Shown here: positions 51,846 through 61,868 of the stretch, one piece after another | Numbering within the stretch: position 1 is the first letter of the stretch | Layout of the letters: each line of letters starts with the position of its first letter | DNA from: an uncultured bacterium | Lineage (GTDB): Bacteria > Omnitrophota > Omnitrophia > Omnitrophales > Aquincolibacteriaceae | Direction: 5' to 3' | Length of the DNA: 64,000 nucleotides | NCBI GenBank assembly: GCA_964434115.1 | Contig: CAYSSX010000005.1 | Coordinates: 95,063-159,062, forward strand | Made by a program: the position numbers and the translations under genes | The notes under the pieces: generated by a model | What the model was told of the DNA's origin: nothing | The model's database searches: none | Seen by the model: only the letters and a program-made list of their open reading frames with translations

Positions 51846-54241
51846 GATTTTCTTTCATGCGGAGCGCCGCCATGAGCCGGAAATGAAAAGTCAGCGGCCA
51901 CAGGCAGATGATCCGAGGCGGTACGCTCCAATGACGTTCGCGCGAGAAGGACCGGTTCCGCGGAAAAATTTCCCTTCTTTAAAATGTAATCAAGGCGGCG
52001 GACCGGCCATTGGCTGATCCAGGTTCGCCCGGGAATCCCCAAATCCCGGTGAACGTCTTCCCATCCGGCCAGTTTTTTGTAAAACTCAGACCCCGGACTG
52101 AAATTAAAATCCCCGCAAAAAATAACCGGCCCTTCTTCGCCTGCCTGAGACAGTCCTTTGGGTCCTAAAAGCGACGCCATCTGACGCTTGAGTTCAGGCA
52201 CCCAAATGCTTAAATGCGTGGTCAGCACCTGAACCGGCCGGCCGTTAAAATCGACTTCCACCCAGAGAACGCCCCGGGGCTCAAAAAGCACCGTCTTGGC
52301 CAACGCCGGAAGGTGCCAGGCCTGAATTTTTTTCACGGGATAACGGCTCAGGATCGCGTTGCCGAAGGCCTCGGTTTCTTCCCCGCAGACCGGGTGAAAG
52401 TGAAATTGCATTTCAAGTTCCCGGGCAATCGCGGCGGCCTGGTCGCACCCCAGGATCCTGCGTCCCGCGTCCAGCTCTTGAAGCGCAACCACATCCGGGT
52501 TTGCTTTCGCGATCACGCGGGCAATCCTCGGCACAGAGAGCAATCCATCGGTTCCCACGCAGCTGTGCACATTGTAAGAAAGCACGCGCAGTTTTGACAG
52601 ATCGCGGGACACGGTTTGAAAAGTGCCTGAGGCCTTGTCTCTCTTTTTGACCTTCCCCAAAACAATCTGCGCGCTCAAACGCAGATCGCTGGCGCGAATC
52701 ACGTCGTCTTCCTCAGGATCAAGCGGGGTGTCACTGGGCAGTAAGGCAAAGGCCTGCGTCTCGCGGGACGTGAGACCCGCGTGAGATCCGTTCTCGTTTG
52801 AAAAAGACACGGGGGCCGCTCCGGCGCACCATCCAAAAAGCATCAGATCTCCCCGGCTTTCATGACTCAGCAGGGAAACTAAATCCCGTGCCACCTTTTT
52901 CAAATACGGGTGTTCCGCCCCCAGCAGGGCTTCCGCGTCTTCGGGTAAGCGGCGCGTGCCGCCGTGCGTTTCAAAAAGGATTTCCCCGTTTTTCAGCGGA
53001 ACCGCGATGAGCGGAAGGGCGGGGTATTTTTGAAGAAGCGCCGCGGCAAAACTTTTTTTATCCTCATCCGCAAGCGGCTCGGGAAAATAGATCTGGCTGA
53101 TCGGTCCCAAAGTTGTGACCACGGGCCTGGCGGCATCCTCATTTTTTTCAGTGTTCGCGGAGTAGGCCGTACCCATCACGGTATCGCCCCAGGCTCTCCG
53201 GCCCCGCGAAGGGCGGTAAGGTTCATGCCCTTTCATGCTGGCCTGGGTCTCCTCAAAAAGTTTCTGAACCGCGTCCTGGATACGCAGGCCCGCGGCCTTT
53301 TCAAACGGTGTGACCTTGACCTGCCCATGGTCCGAATAAATCCAGACATCATAGGAACCCCTTTGGGAACTCATCGCGGCTTTCCAGATTTTCCGGATCG
53401 CCCGGTCAATACCGCTCAAGCTCCAGTAAGCAAAACGCGTGGAAGGCCCGCGGCGGTGCGCCTGCTCGTCATAACCTAAAAAATTAACCTGCACCACCGG
53501 CAAGCCCCGGTAAATATCCATGCGGGCATGGGCTGTGGCGAGTTCCCGCATGAGAATCGAGCCAAGGACGCGCATAAAAATAAACGACCACTCCATAAGA
53601 ACGTCCTGCCCCTTCACGGCGCCGCGGACAAAATCAAAAAAGGCCAGCACTGCTTCAATTCCGCACAGCAGCACGGCGCGCACCAGGGCAAAAGGACTCA
53701 TAATCCAGGTCACCAGAAGCGCGTACGGGTTCCAGGCTTTCAGCAGACTGACCCAATCCGCGGTCGATGCGCAGATGTGGGATTCGGCCGCGCCTCCTGA
53801 AAAAATATTGCCGTAGGCGCTGCCGCCCGCCATCAGGCCTTCCCCCTCAAGAAGCAGGCGTTTTTCCATTTCCCCCGCGCTGGCGTGTTCGAACATCGTG
53901 AAAACTTTTTGAGTTTTACGGTCACGGAATTGAAACGCGGGAACGCATTGGGCTTTTCCGAAAAAAAACTCTCCCTGAAAAGCGGGCGTATTGGAAGGAA
54001 TGCCAGAATACACGGGGTGCAGCCGGTAATGCTCGCGCCTTAGCAGCCAGGAAAGAAACGGCATGTGTCCTTTTTTCAAGGCTGCCTGAAGGTCCGGATT
54101 GGAGAGTCCGTCAATCTGAAGAAGCACGAGGCCGCGCCCGGCGCGCGGGGTTTCTGAAACCTTAAGCCCCAGCAGGCGCATCTGCCATTCGCGTAAAGAA
54201 AAACGAGCGCCTTGTTTTTTAAAATAGCCGCGAAGGTTCAT
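51842..54241 (-). CDS. fusion protein: alkaline-phosphatase-superfamily (type I phosphodiesterase/nucleotide pyrophosphatase-like) domain plus endonuclease/exonuclease/phosphatase (EEP) domain
   Basis: The N-terminal half has AlkP-core features (metal-ligand-like IYSDHGQ). The C-terminal ~280 aa carries the EEP signature (LRVLSYNVH, VVALQELD, THLS, SDHLPV). Confidence 0.65.
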   Translation of the reverse strand: MNLRGYFKKQGARFSLREWQMRLLGLKVSETPRAGRGLVLLQIDGLSNPDLQAALKKGHMPFLSWLLRREHYRLHPVYSGIPSNTPAFQGEFFFGKAQCVPAFQFRDRKTQKVFTMFEHASAGEMEKRLLLEGEGLMAGGSAYGNIFSGGAAESHICASTADWVSLLKAWNPYALLVTWIMSPFALVRAVLLCGIEAVLAFFDFVRGAVKGQDVLMEWSFIFMRVLGSILMRELATAHARMDIYRGLPVVQVNFLGYDEQAHRRGPSTRFAYWSLSGIDRAIRKIWKAAMSSQRGSYDVWIYSDHGQVKVTPFEKAAGLRIQDAVQKLFEETQASMKGHEPYRPSRGRRAWGDTVMGTAYSANTEKNEDAARPVVTTLGPISQIYFPEPLADEDKKSFAAALLQKYPALPLIAVPLKNGEILFETHGGTRRLPEDAEALLGAEHPYLKKVARDLVSLLSHESRGDLMLFGWCAGAAPVSFSNENGSHAGLTSRETQAFALLPSDTPLDPEEDDVIRASDLRLSAQIVLGKVKKRDKASGTFQTVSRDLSKLRVLSYNVHSCVGTDGLLSVPRIARVIAKANPDVVALQELDAGRRILGCDQAAAIARELEMQFHFHPVCGEETEAFGNAILSRYPVKKIQAWHLPALAKTVLFEPRGVLWVEVDFNGRPVQVLTTHLSIWVPELKRQMASLLGPKGLSQAGEEGPVIFCGDFNFSPGSEFYKKLAGWEDVHRDLGIPGRTWISQWPVRRLDYILKKGNFSAEPVLLARTSLERTASDHLPVAADFSFPAHGGAPHERKS

Positions 54242-54242
54242 A

Positions 54243-55862
54243 TCAGCGGGCAGGTTCTTTTTTATCCGCCGGGATCAGAGCTTCCTCCGGCGCGGGCGGA
54301 GTGCCGTTAATTTTCTCAAATTCTTTCTGAAGCTCGCTGTGCGCGCCGGCCATAAATTTCTCAAACTCATCACAACCGCTGAGCACTTTACGGTTGAGTT
54401 CCGCAAGATCACTCTCATAGTTCCGTATCTTTTGCGTCACGACCTCGGACACCGCGTCCAGCTTGACGCGCTCTTCCTCCGAAATGTCCTTGGATTCCCT
54501 GCGGATTTTCAGGAGCTTCTCCATCCACTCGGAGCGGAGTTTATCGATCTGCTTTTGGTAAGCCTGTGTAAGCACCTCTTTGGGATTCTTTTCAGAAACC
54601 GCGGTTTTGACAAGCGCGGAACCCGCGGCCCGGCCCAGATTGAGGAGCATGCCCAGCTCCGTCTTAAAGCGCCCGACCAGCCCGCCAAAGTGGTTTCCCT
54701 TGTCTTTTGTCTCCGCCTTGTATTCCCGGATCACCTGCGCGTAAATCTTCAGGGCTTTTTCCGCGCAGACATCTACGGAAAATTCTTTTGCGGTTTCAAG
54801 CGCCTCTTTCTGGATAAGCGTCCATTGCGGGCCCGTGCGGCTCGCGCACCAATCAAGCGCCGCGGAAAACCGCTTCCGCGATTCCGTCATCAGCAGCCTT
54901 CCGTTTTTCTTGTCACGCACCACTTCGCGGACTCCGGGAGCGTCAAGGCCCACCACCGGCAGCCCCGCGGCCATGGCTTCCGCGAGCACAATCCCCTGCG
55001 TCTCGCTTTTGGAGGCAAAGGCAAAAACATTCATGGAGTGATAGGCCGCCACCAGCGCCCGGCCTTTTTGCACGCCTGCAAAGTGAACGCGGCTCAGCAC
55101 ACCCCAGGAACGGAAGATTTTTTTCATATCGCGCTCGCTCGGACCCCGGCCCACCACAAGAAAATGCGCCTTTTTGTTGCGCTTCAGGAATTCCGCAGCC
55201 GCCTCGGTAAGAAAGGGCAGGTTTTTTTCCGGAGCCAGCCGGCCGACGTGCCCCGCCACAAAAGCATTCTTGGGAATTCCATGGAGCCGGCGGAACGTGT
55301 CCGGAGCTTCGGCAAAATGTTTCACATCAATACCGGTCGGCACAACCGCGATCGGACCTTTCACTTTGCGTTCTTCAAGAATACGGCCCACGCTTTCGCT
55401 CGGCACAATCACCTGGTCTGCCATTTTCGCGTACCCCGTGGCCAGCTCCACGACAAATTGCTGCATGGCCTGCTTGTCCATTGCGAAGTGATCGGTGTAA
55501 TGCTCAAACATCGTGTGATAAGTAAACACGAGCGGGATTTTCTTTTGCCCGCACAAACGCAAAGCAAGATCCCCCATCAAAAAAGGATGGTGGGAGTGCA
55601 CAATGTCCGGCTTAAAATCCTCTACCGTACTCTGGAGAAGTTCCGGCAGCGGCAGGGTGATAGAAAAATCCGTGCTGACGAATTTCTCGATGGAAGGAAC
55701 GCGGATGACGTCTCTTTCATTCTCAGGCATCTTGGGAAAAACAGGGGCCACAATTTTAACCTGATGGCCGCGCGCACGGAATGCGTCGCTGAAAGTCTGG
55801 ATGGATTTTTCAAGCCCTCCGACAATCGGCGTGTAGGTGTTCGTCATCATTAAAATCTTCAT
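54243..55862 (-). CDS. GT4-family glycosyltransferase with C-terminal coiled-coil extension
   Basis: MKILMMTNTYTPIVGGLE matches the GT4 N-terminus, and the E-x7-E region is present. The start was chosen at the internal ATG (55862), 3 nt after the upstream stop. The 146-codon extension in the ORF track is GC-rich and unsupported. Confidence 0.8.
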   Translation of the reverse strand: MKILMMTNTYTPIVGGLEKSIQTFSDAFRARGHQVKIVAPVFPKMPENERDVIRVPSIEKFVSTDFSITLPLPELLQSTVEDFKPDIVHSHHPFLMGDLALRLCGQKKIPLVFTYHTMFEHYTDHFAMDKQAMQQFVVELATGYAKMADQVIVPSESVGRILEERKVKGPIAVVPTGIDVKHFAEAPDTFRRLHGIPKNAFVAGHVGRLAPEKNLPFLTEAAAEFLKRNKKAHFLVVGRGPSERDMKKIFRSWGVLSRVHFAGVQKGRALVAAYHSMNVFAFASKSETQGIVLAEAMAAGLPVVGLDAPGVREVVRDKKNGRLLMTESRKRFSAALDWCASRTGPQWTLIQKEALETAKEFSVDVCAEKALKIYAQVIREYKAETKDKGNHFGGLVGRFKTELGMLLNLGRAAGSALVKTAVSEKNPKEVLTQAYQKQIDKLRSEWMEKLLKIRRESKDISEEERVKLDAVSEVVTQKIRNYESDLAELNRKVLSGCDEFEKFMAGAHSELQKEFEKINGTPPAPEEALIPADKKEPAR

Positions 55863-58159
55863 GCCTTCGTCCCCTTGGTTAGCAAAACTTCTTTTTGATG
55901 AGCGGCCGCCGTCACGGGGAGGTGTCCCGGCAGCCGGATTTCGATATTTACGGGAACCCCTGGACCTTCCAGTTCCCACGCAACATGAACCTGTTCGTTC
56001 TCCTGACTCACGCTCACTTCGATAAGCCCCCAGGGGGTCATGGTTTTTCCAAAAAACGCAGCCTTCCCCGGCGCGTACCATTCCGGAAGCACTCCGGAGC
56101 AAAGAATCAAACATCCGTTTTCTTCCCGCACAAAACAGGCGCGGATCATAAGGATCCATTCCGCGGCCGCCCAAACATGCTGGCCGTCCCCCATGCACCC
56201 GCCCAAGGTCTGGGGATGGATCGCCTCCGGCCACTGGCCCGTGGGTGAAGCGAGCTTTTGAATAGCCCGCACGATATCCGCGTACCGCGGATCGCCGCAC
56301 CTGAGAAGTATTTGCGCAATGCCGAGCGTCAGATAAGGATTAATTCCGGAGTGGCTCATCTCATGGAAAAATCCTCCCTTGATAAAATGCCGGCTCAGAA
56401 GGTATTCCGTGGTTTTCAAAACGCGCGCGTCATCCGCGGCCCACAGCGTCAGCGGATAACCCACGGCCAGCGACCCCACAGAACCCGTGTCCAAACGCCG
56501 GTAGGGGGAAGCAGGCATCGCGGAAGTTTTCAAACGCGCCGCGGCCCGCACAAGGCTTTCCTCAATGCAGCCCATAAAACGGGCAGCCGTTTCGTCATGC
56601 CGCGCGGCCTCTTCCGTTTCTCCGTACAAACGCATCAGAGCAGCCGCGGACCGGAGTCCCTCAACACCCCAGAAATCATCCCAGTAATAAAAATCATTAG
56701 GGCCAAGATGTTCGGCGCTGAATCCCGCGGGAAAAAGACCGGCGTGTTCCTCGTTTACTTTTTCCGAGATTCTTTTTTGTTCGATCCAGCGGGCGCCTTT
56801 ACGGATCGCATCCTTCCAGACATCCTTGGGCTTTGACCCGGTGAGTTCGCAATAACGCCTGAAAATCCACAGCGCCTGCCCGTTGGAATCCCATTCCCCG
56901 TCCTGTGACCGGAAGTGTCCGCCAAAAACCTGCCTCGCGGGGAAATGATCGAGGATTTTTTCCGCGCGCTGAGGAAGATTCGCGGCGAGCAGCGCGTGAA
57001 GAATAAACACCGAGTCACGGAACCAAAAATGCTTGTAGGTATAAGGGCCGGGAAAGGCCTCCGTCCCCGGCGTATGCAGAATCAGGGTTTTAACGGCCGC
57101 ATTATAAAGGTAGGCCGTTGCTGGATCGGCCGTACTTAGACGGCAATGCGCCGCGAGGGCTTTTTTCCAGCTCTGTTCCGCGCTTTCCGTATCAGGAGTT
57201 TCGGACGCTGAAGCCTCGGGCAGAACTTTGGGCTGCAAGGGAATGTGCGCCTTCACCTGGCGCGGGACACCCGGCATTAAACGAAACACCGCGGCGGCCG
57301 TGGCCATTCCGGCCTGGCACTCCATTTCCGGATGAAGGGAAAGCGCGTCTGAGAGCGGCGGATGATGCTGGATTTTTTGATAAACGTCGCCTTCGCGGTA
57401 ATTGGAAAAAAATTGCCCTTCCGGCGCCGGATCAAAACGGACATGATGCTTTTTATTGATTTCCCATCCGGTTCCATTTCCGGTCAGGGCGATGCGCTCC
57501 ACTTCACTCACACCTTCAGAATTAAACGGGCGCAGGGCCACGGCAAGCCAGGCTTCCTGATCCGACAACGCTTCGATCTCCTGAACACAACTGAGGTCCG
57601 CGCCGTTCCGGTGCACGGAAACCCGCGAAACCACACTCATGCCGCCGCGCTCAAACCGCGTGCGAAGCACAAGGTTGCTCGTGTCTTCCCACCTCTGAAG
57701 AATCTCTGGCGCCTGAGAAGGGAGAAGTGCGGCACCCTCCTTGGGAATCACCCAGACATCAAGCGACCAGCCGTCATAAAACGGCGTCAAAAGACCGCGC
57801 GGATCGATCAAGGGATAATGCTGGCTTCCGGGAACGCCGACAGCCGTCCAATTCCGGTTTGTTAAATTTATATGGGTCAGGGAAAACGCGCGCGGGATAA
57901 ACGAAACGTCCACAGGGTTGAACTGCCTCACCACCCAGTAGGGCCAGACCCAGTCAAGGTTGTGCTGAATGGCCTGGACATTCACGAGGCCCCGGGCCTG
58001 CAGAACCGTCGCAAGCCGGAGAAGTTCAATCGGCGCAGCCACCTCAGAGGGCTGGGCAAAACGCTGAATCTTGGACAGGAGAGCAATCGGGTCAAGAAAA
58101 CCCTGCCGGAGGGCAATCTTCTTGATGATCTTTCTCCAGGGAAACCACTTCCTCCACAT
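55859..58159 (-). CDS. six-hairpin (alpha/alpha)6 glycoside hydrolase, GH15/GDE_C-like
   Basis: The C-terminal half has a glucoamylase/debranching-enzyme-like toroid (ALWIFRRY, FWGVEG, acidic catalytic candidates). Confidence 0.55.
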   Translation of the reverse strand: MWRKWFPWRKIIKKIALRQGFLDPIALLSKIQRFAQPSEVAAPIELLRLATVLQARGLVNVQAIQHNLDWVWPYWVVRQFNPVDVSFIPRAFSLTHINLTNRNWTAVGVPGSQHYPLIDPRGLLTPFYDGWSLDVWVIPKEGAALLPSQAPEILQRWEDTSNLVLRTRFERGGMSVVSRVSVHRNGADLSCVQEIEALSDQEAWLAVALRPFNSEGVSEVERIALTGNGTGWEINKKHHVRFDPAPEGQFFSNYREGDVYQKIQHHPPLSDALSLHPEMECQAGMATAAAVFRLMPGVPRQVKAHIPLQPKVLPEASASETPDTESAEQSWKKALAAHCRLSTADPATAYLYNAAVKTLILHTPGTEAFPGPYTYKHFWFRDSVFILHALLAANLPQRAEKILDHFPARQVFGGHFRSQDGEWDSNGQALWIFRRYCELTGSKPKDVWKDAIRKGARWIEQKRISEKVNEEHAGLFPAGFSAEHLGPNDFYYWDDFWGVEGLRSAAALMRLYGETEEAARHDETAARFMGCIEESLVRAAARLKTSAMPASPYRRLDTGSVGSLAVGYPLTLWAADDARVLKTTEYLLSRHFIKGGFFHEMSHSGINPYLTLGIAQILLRCGDPRYADIVRAIQKLASPTGQWPEAIHPQTLGGCMGDGQHVWAAAEWILMIRACFVREENGCLILCSGVLPEWYAPGKAAFFGKTMTPWGLIEVSVSQENEQVHVAWELEGPGVPVNIEIRLPGHLPVTAAAHQKEVLLTKGTKA

Positions 58160-58317
58160 ATTTCCTCCTACGCGGGAGCAGCATTTGGATGGCTTTCAGA
58201 GGGAGTTGTCAGTCATTTTAAGAGAACCCCTATGAAATCCCTAGGGAAATGTTGCGGTCTTGAGTGCTGGGGTAGAGAAGATGCCGCGGGCCATGCCGGC
58301 ATCCGCGGCCTTAATCC

Positions 58318-58362
58318 AAAAAAAATGCCGGGCCTGGTAAGAAGGACCCGGCATTTTCATTT
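58318..58362 (-). terminator. rho-independent terminator downstream of the Cys-rich secreted-protein gene
   Basis: ATGCCGGGCC / GGACCCGGCAT imperfect stem, flanked by A8 on the plus strand (T8 on the minus strand). Confidence 0.6.
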
Positions 58363-58378
58363 TCACTTTTACTTTTGA

Positions 58379-58813
58379 TCAGCGGGTAGGAAGCTGTTCA
58401 CTGCACAGCGAGTAACGGCAGTTGGGGTCAGATGCCGTCATGGTCGCAGAAGTGTTGCCTCCAAAATCCCATTTGCACACATAACCCGGGTAACCCTGAC
58501 AGTGATATCCCGGAGGGCACTGATAACCGGCGCCGCGGAAAACAGGCCTCTGCTGATCACCGCTAAATTCGAAATCAGGACATGACGGCTGAGGCGGCGG
58601 CTGGACCGTCACGGACCCCTGCAATTTATTTCCCTCAGCCACAGCCGGCGGAGCGCTTCCAGTAACCGGCGGATTAAAAGCCGGGTCCGTTCCGGGCAAA
58701 GGCTTCCCGTATTTGTCATAACCCTTTTTGGGTGCCTCTGCGGCGTAAGAAAAAGATGCGGAAGTAAAAACGAGTGTGAGGAGAAGCGGCAAGACTTTCG
58801 TGAGGGGGCGCAT
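58379..58813 (-). CDS. secreted Cys-rich protein, hypothetical
   Basis: A signal peptide (MRPLTKVLPLLLTLVFTSASFSYA) and 8 Cys are present, with a Pro/Gly/Tyr-rich mature part. GGATGGAG SD is present. The ORF-track start at 58915 is unsupported. Confidence 0.5.
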   Translation of the reverse strand: MRPLTKVLPLLLTLVFTSASFSYAAEAPKKGYDKYGKPLPGTDPAFNPPVTGSAPPAVAEGNKLQGSVTVQPPPQPSCPDFEFSGDQQRPVFRGAGYQCPPGYHCQGYPGYVCKWDFGGNTSATMTASDPNCRYSLCSEQLPTR

Positions 58814-58985
58814 AAAACTCCATCCGTGTGAAAAAGCCAATGCGTTTGGGGGATTCTTGAACTGGGAAAAGCCTAACAAAAAAGGCCAGCCCGCGCAATC
58901 CGATTCTGGCGTCAAATAGAGCCTTACAGAGCTCTCCCTTCCATGGGTCGCGAAGACTTCCGGCAGACCTTAAACCCCGGCATAT

Positions 58986-59307
58986 TTAGGCTTTAAGAAA
59001 GGCCAGAAGATCCGCATTAAGCTTATCCTTGTGCGTGTCCGTCAAACCGTGCGGCGCGCCGGAATAGACAATCCATTTTGAATTTTTTACCAGTTTTGAT
59101 GACGCGAGACCGGCTGGCACCGATCGGAACAATCTGATCGTCATCGCCGTGAACAATCAGGGTAGGAACATCAAACTTTTTCAGGTCTTCCGTAAAATCC
59201 GTTTCGGAAAAGGCCTTGATGCAACAGAAGGCGCCAAGTACAGGCCGTGCTTGGCGCCTTGTCTTCTTCTGTTTCTTAACTGACCTTAACGGTGTGAATG
59301 TTTCCAA
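58986..59307 (-). pseudogene. remnant of an alpha/beta-hydrolase (non-haem haloperoxidase/esterase-like) gene: only the C-terminal ~100 aa remain, with a frameshift near 59105-59120
   Basis: Frame 1 reads [41 protein letters not shown] second frame reads [38 protein letters not shown]. Together they reconstruct a canonical hydrolase C-terminus. The ~200-aa N-terminal nucleophile-elbow half is absent. Confidence 0.6.
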
Positions 59308-59464
59308 TCAATCCAAACCCCTGCAGCAGCCATAGGGCCACCACAATCACAACCACAATGTTGAGCATGCTTTTGATCTTGGCATCCATGGGAATGTAAT
59401 TGTTAATTCCCCAAAGCAGAACACCCACCACGATAAGTGTGACAACCACTGTAATCAAATCCAT
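59276..59464 (-). CDS. small two-TM membrane protein (62 aa)
   Basis: AAAGGAG SD 7 nt upstream. It has two hydrophobic helices. Confidence 0.5.
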   Translation of the reverse strand: MDLITVVVTLIVVGVLLWGINNYIPMDAKIKSMLNIVVVIVVALWLLQGFGLIGNIHTVKVS

Positions 59465-59561
59465 AGAAACTCCTTTAGTTGGGATTCCCGGATTTTTCTC
59501 GGGAATCGAAGGACAGAGGGAGTATAGGTTTTGCGGAAGGGGGCGGCTATGGGGTGTTACC

Positions 59562-60017
59562 CTAAGGCAGGGTTCTGCGGATGTTCTGAATGACCTGATC
59601 CAGACTGTGGAGAAAGCGCGAGCGGTCCTGTTTTTGAAACGCCGGCGGGCCGCCTGTCAAACTTCCGGCATCCCGGAGTTCCCGCATCAAGTCGCGCGTG
59701 GCCAGGATTTCTCCGATGTTCGCTTCTGAAAAAATTCGCCCCGTAAAATCCAAAGCTCGCGCGCCTGCCTTGACAGCCCTGTAGGCCAAAGGAATATCCG
59801 CGGTCAGTACAATGTCGTTTGGAGAAAGATGCTCCACGATCCAGTTGTCCGCGGCATCCGCTTGTCCTTCCACAACCACAAGTTTGGCCCCTTCCTGCTC
59901 CGGAATGCGCATACCGGAATTTGAAACATACGTCACGTTCAGCTCGCAGCGTTTCGCGACACGCGCGGCTTCCTCTTTAACAGGGCAGGCATCGGCATCG
60001 ACATAAATTTCAAGCAA
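59562..60017 (-). CDS. YaiI/YqgV (UPF0178, DUF188) family protein
   Basis: The N-terminus LEIYVDADACPVKEE matches the UPF0178 signature, and the size fits. Confidence 0.75.
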   Translation of the reverse strand: MLEIYVDADACPVKEEAARVAKRCELNVTYVSNSGMRIPEQEGAKLVVVEGQADAADNWIVEHLSPNDIVLTADIPLAYRAVKAGARALDFTGRIFSEANIGEILATRDLMRELRDAGSLTGGPPAFQKQDRSRFLHSLDQVIQNIRRTLP

Positions 60018-60079
60018 AGGAAAGTTTCCTTAATAAGGCCGGGAGGTCTTGTTTTTTCAGCCGCTTAATGCTGGCGGAA

Positions 60080-61003
60080 TTACTGTTTACTTTTTAGAAG
60101 CTCCTCAATATCTTTCCTGAAATTCTGCCGGGCAAGACTCAGGGCCGTCTCACCATCCGGCGACTGATACGCGGGATCAGCGCCTTGACTGATCAATAAC
60201 TCGACAAGGGCCGTATACCCGTACTGCGAGGCTTCCATCAGGGCCGTGTAATTTTCACTCGAAACGGCATCGATTCTCGCCCCGTCTTTAAGCGCGGTTT
60301 TCAAGGCCTCAAGGTCCCCGTTTTGAGAAGCCGCGATCAAGGCATCATCCGCTGAAGATTCTCCAGTTTCAAGCGGTAGTTCGGCCCCGCCATCGGAAAC
60401 AACTTTGAGATCCGCCGGCAGTTCTTGCTGATCTTCTTTCGAGACCGCACCCAAATGGAACGTGACGGCCGGCTTTCCCGTGTTCAAAAGGAGGTTCTGC
60501 TCACGGGTCTCTGTGACCGTTGTTTGATTTCCCGACGAGGAAATGCTAAAAGTCCTTTTCACTTTCGCGCCTTGGGTGAAGCCCTTCCCCGAGCCTTCAT
60601 CTTTGCCCAATTTTCCGGTCGCGGCTAAAAACCAAACATAAGGCCGGATCAGACAAGCCACTGCAGCCGCACTCACCACAACCGCCAAGGCGCGGGGGTC
60701 ATTACTGGAACTTTGTCCGGCTTTTCTGCTTTGGCGCCACTCTCCCGCGTAAAGAAAACTGCTGACAAGCACGACCACCAAAACACCGGCAACCGCCTGA
60801 ACAATAATTTCACGGCTTTTTGTGAAGGCATAAGGAATGATTCCGAGCGGCCAGAAAACCAGCATTAATAAGACATGCAGGACCTTCCACCCAAAACTCA
60901 TTGGATTTTTAACACAGCAGTAAAGGGCATACAGAGGGAAGAAGGCGATGAGCATGGACAAAATTGAAAGCAGCGGCGCCAGCATAAAATATAATTCCTT
61001 CAT
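60080..61003 (-). CDS. membrane protein with C-terminal ankyrin repeats
   Basis: About 5 TM helices are followed by two or three ANK units (GDLEALKTALKDGARIDAV, YTALMEASQYGYTALVELLISQGADP, GETALSLA). Strong AAGGAGGAGGGGAG SD. Confidence 0.65.
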   Translation of the reverse strand: MKELYFMLAPLLSILSMLIAFFPLYALYCCVKNPMSFGWKVLHVLLMLVFWPLGIIPYAFTKSREIIVQAVAGVLVVVLVSSFLYAGEWRQSRKAGQSSSNDPRALAVVVSAAAVACLIRPYVWFLAATGKLGKDEGSGKGFTQGAKVKRTFSISSSGNQTTVTETREQNLLLNTGKPAVTFHLGAVSKEDQQELPADLKVVSDGGAELPLETGESSADDALIAASQNGDLEALKTALKDGARIDAVSSENYTALMEASQYGYTALVELLISQGADPAYQSPDGETALSLARQNFRKDIEELLKSKQ

Positions 61004-61145
61004 AAACTCCCCTCCTCCTTTTCAAAAGTTCCTCTTAAAGCAGCGTTTTCAGAATTTATTTATCGGCGATTTTCGGAATTGCCCCAATAAAAAAAGCCGC
61101 CGCTTTTAAACGGTGGCCGTGTGTCACTTGTTCCGCAAACGCGGT

Positions 61146-61868
61146 TTAATAACGCCGTGCGGTTTTTGATTTTTTTTCAGCCGCGGGGGTGGGGATATGT
61201 TTTTTAGCCAGCCAAATCCAGTGATGTCCCCCGGCCTTTTGTCCCGAGCGCGCGCTGACCGGAATTTCCTTCACCGTAAACCCTGCCGCATGCAGACGCC
61301 GCGTAAAATCACGCGCCGGCACCGCGGACCAAACCGCTAAAACACCCCGGTTCTGCAAAGCCATGTACGCGGTGCGAAGGCCGTCCTTGTTGTAAAGCCG
61401 GTCATTGCCTCTCTGAAACAAACTCTCGGGGCCATTGTCCACATCCAGGAGAATCGCGCTGTACGACTCTTTGGCTTCCTGAATCTTCCTCGCAACATCA
61501 GTCTCATAAATCTTCACGCGCCGGTCCGTGAGCGGCTTGCGGGCCAAATGCGCGAGAACTCCCTGGTTCCATTTCACGACTTCAGGAACAAGCTCCGCCA
61601 CCACGACCTGGGATTTCACGGGAAGCACATCCAGCGCGGCGCGGAGCGTGAACCCCATACCCAGCCCGCCGATCAGAACTTTCGGGTCCGGAAATTTTTT
61701 AATTTCTTCGCAGGCAAGGCGGGCCAGCGCTTCTTCCGAGCCATGCATGCGGCTGTTCATCAATTCCGCGCTGTTAACCTTGATTGAAAAATCAGCGTCG
61801 TGTTTGTACAGCCGCAATTCTTTGCCGTCGGAAATTTTCGCGCTGTCCAGAAGGACCAGGGGTTTCAT
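61146..61868 (-). CDS. spermidine-synthase-like class I SAM methyltransferase-fold protein
   Basis: A PABS-like core is present (VLIGGLGMGFTLRAAL, ILLDVDNGP). Confidence 0.6.
   Translation of the reverse strand: MKPLVLLDSAKISDGKELRLYKHDADFSIKVNSAELMNSRMHGSEEALARLACEEIKKFPDPKVLIGGLGMGFTLRAALDVLPVKSQVVVAELVPEVVKWNQGVLAHLARKPLTDRRVKIYETDVARKIQEAKESYSAILLDVDNGPESLFQRGNDRLYNKDGLRTAYMALQNRGVLAVWSAVPARDFTRRLHAAGFTVKEIPVSARSGQKAGGHHWIWLAKKHIPTPAAEKKSKTARRY

Noticed and set aside
54339-55853. 504-aa plus-strand ORF
   Set aside because: It lies antisense to the GT4 glycosyltransferase gene. Its composition is a shadow-frame artefact.
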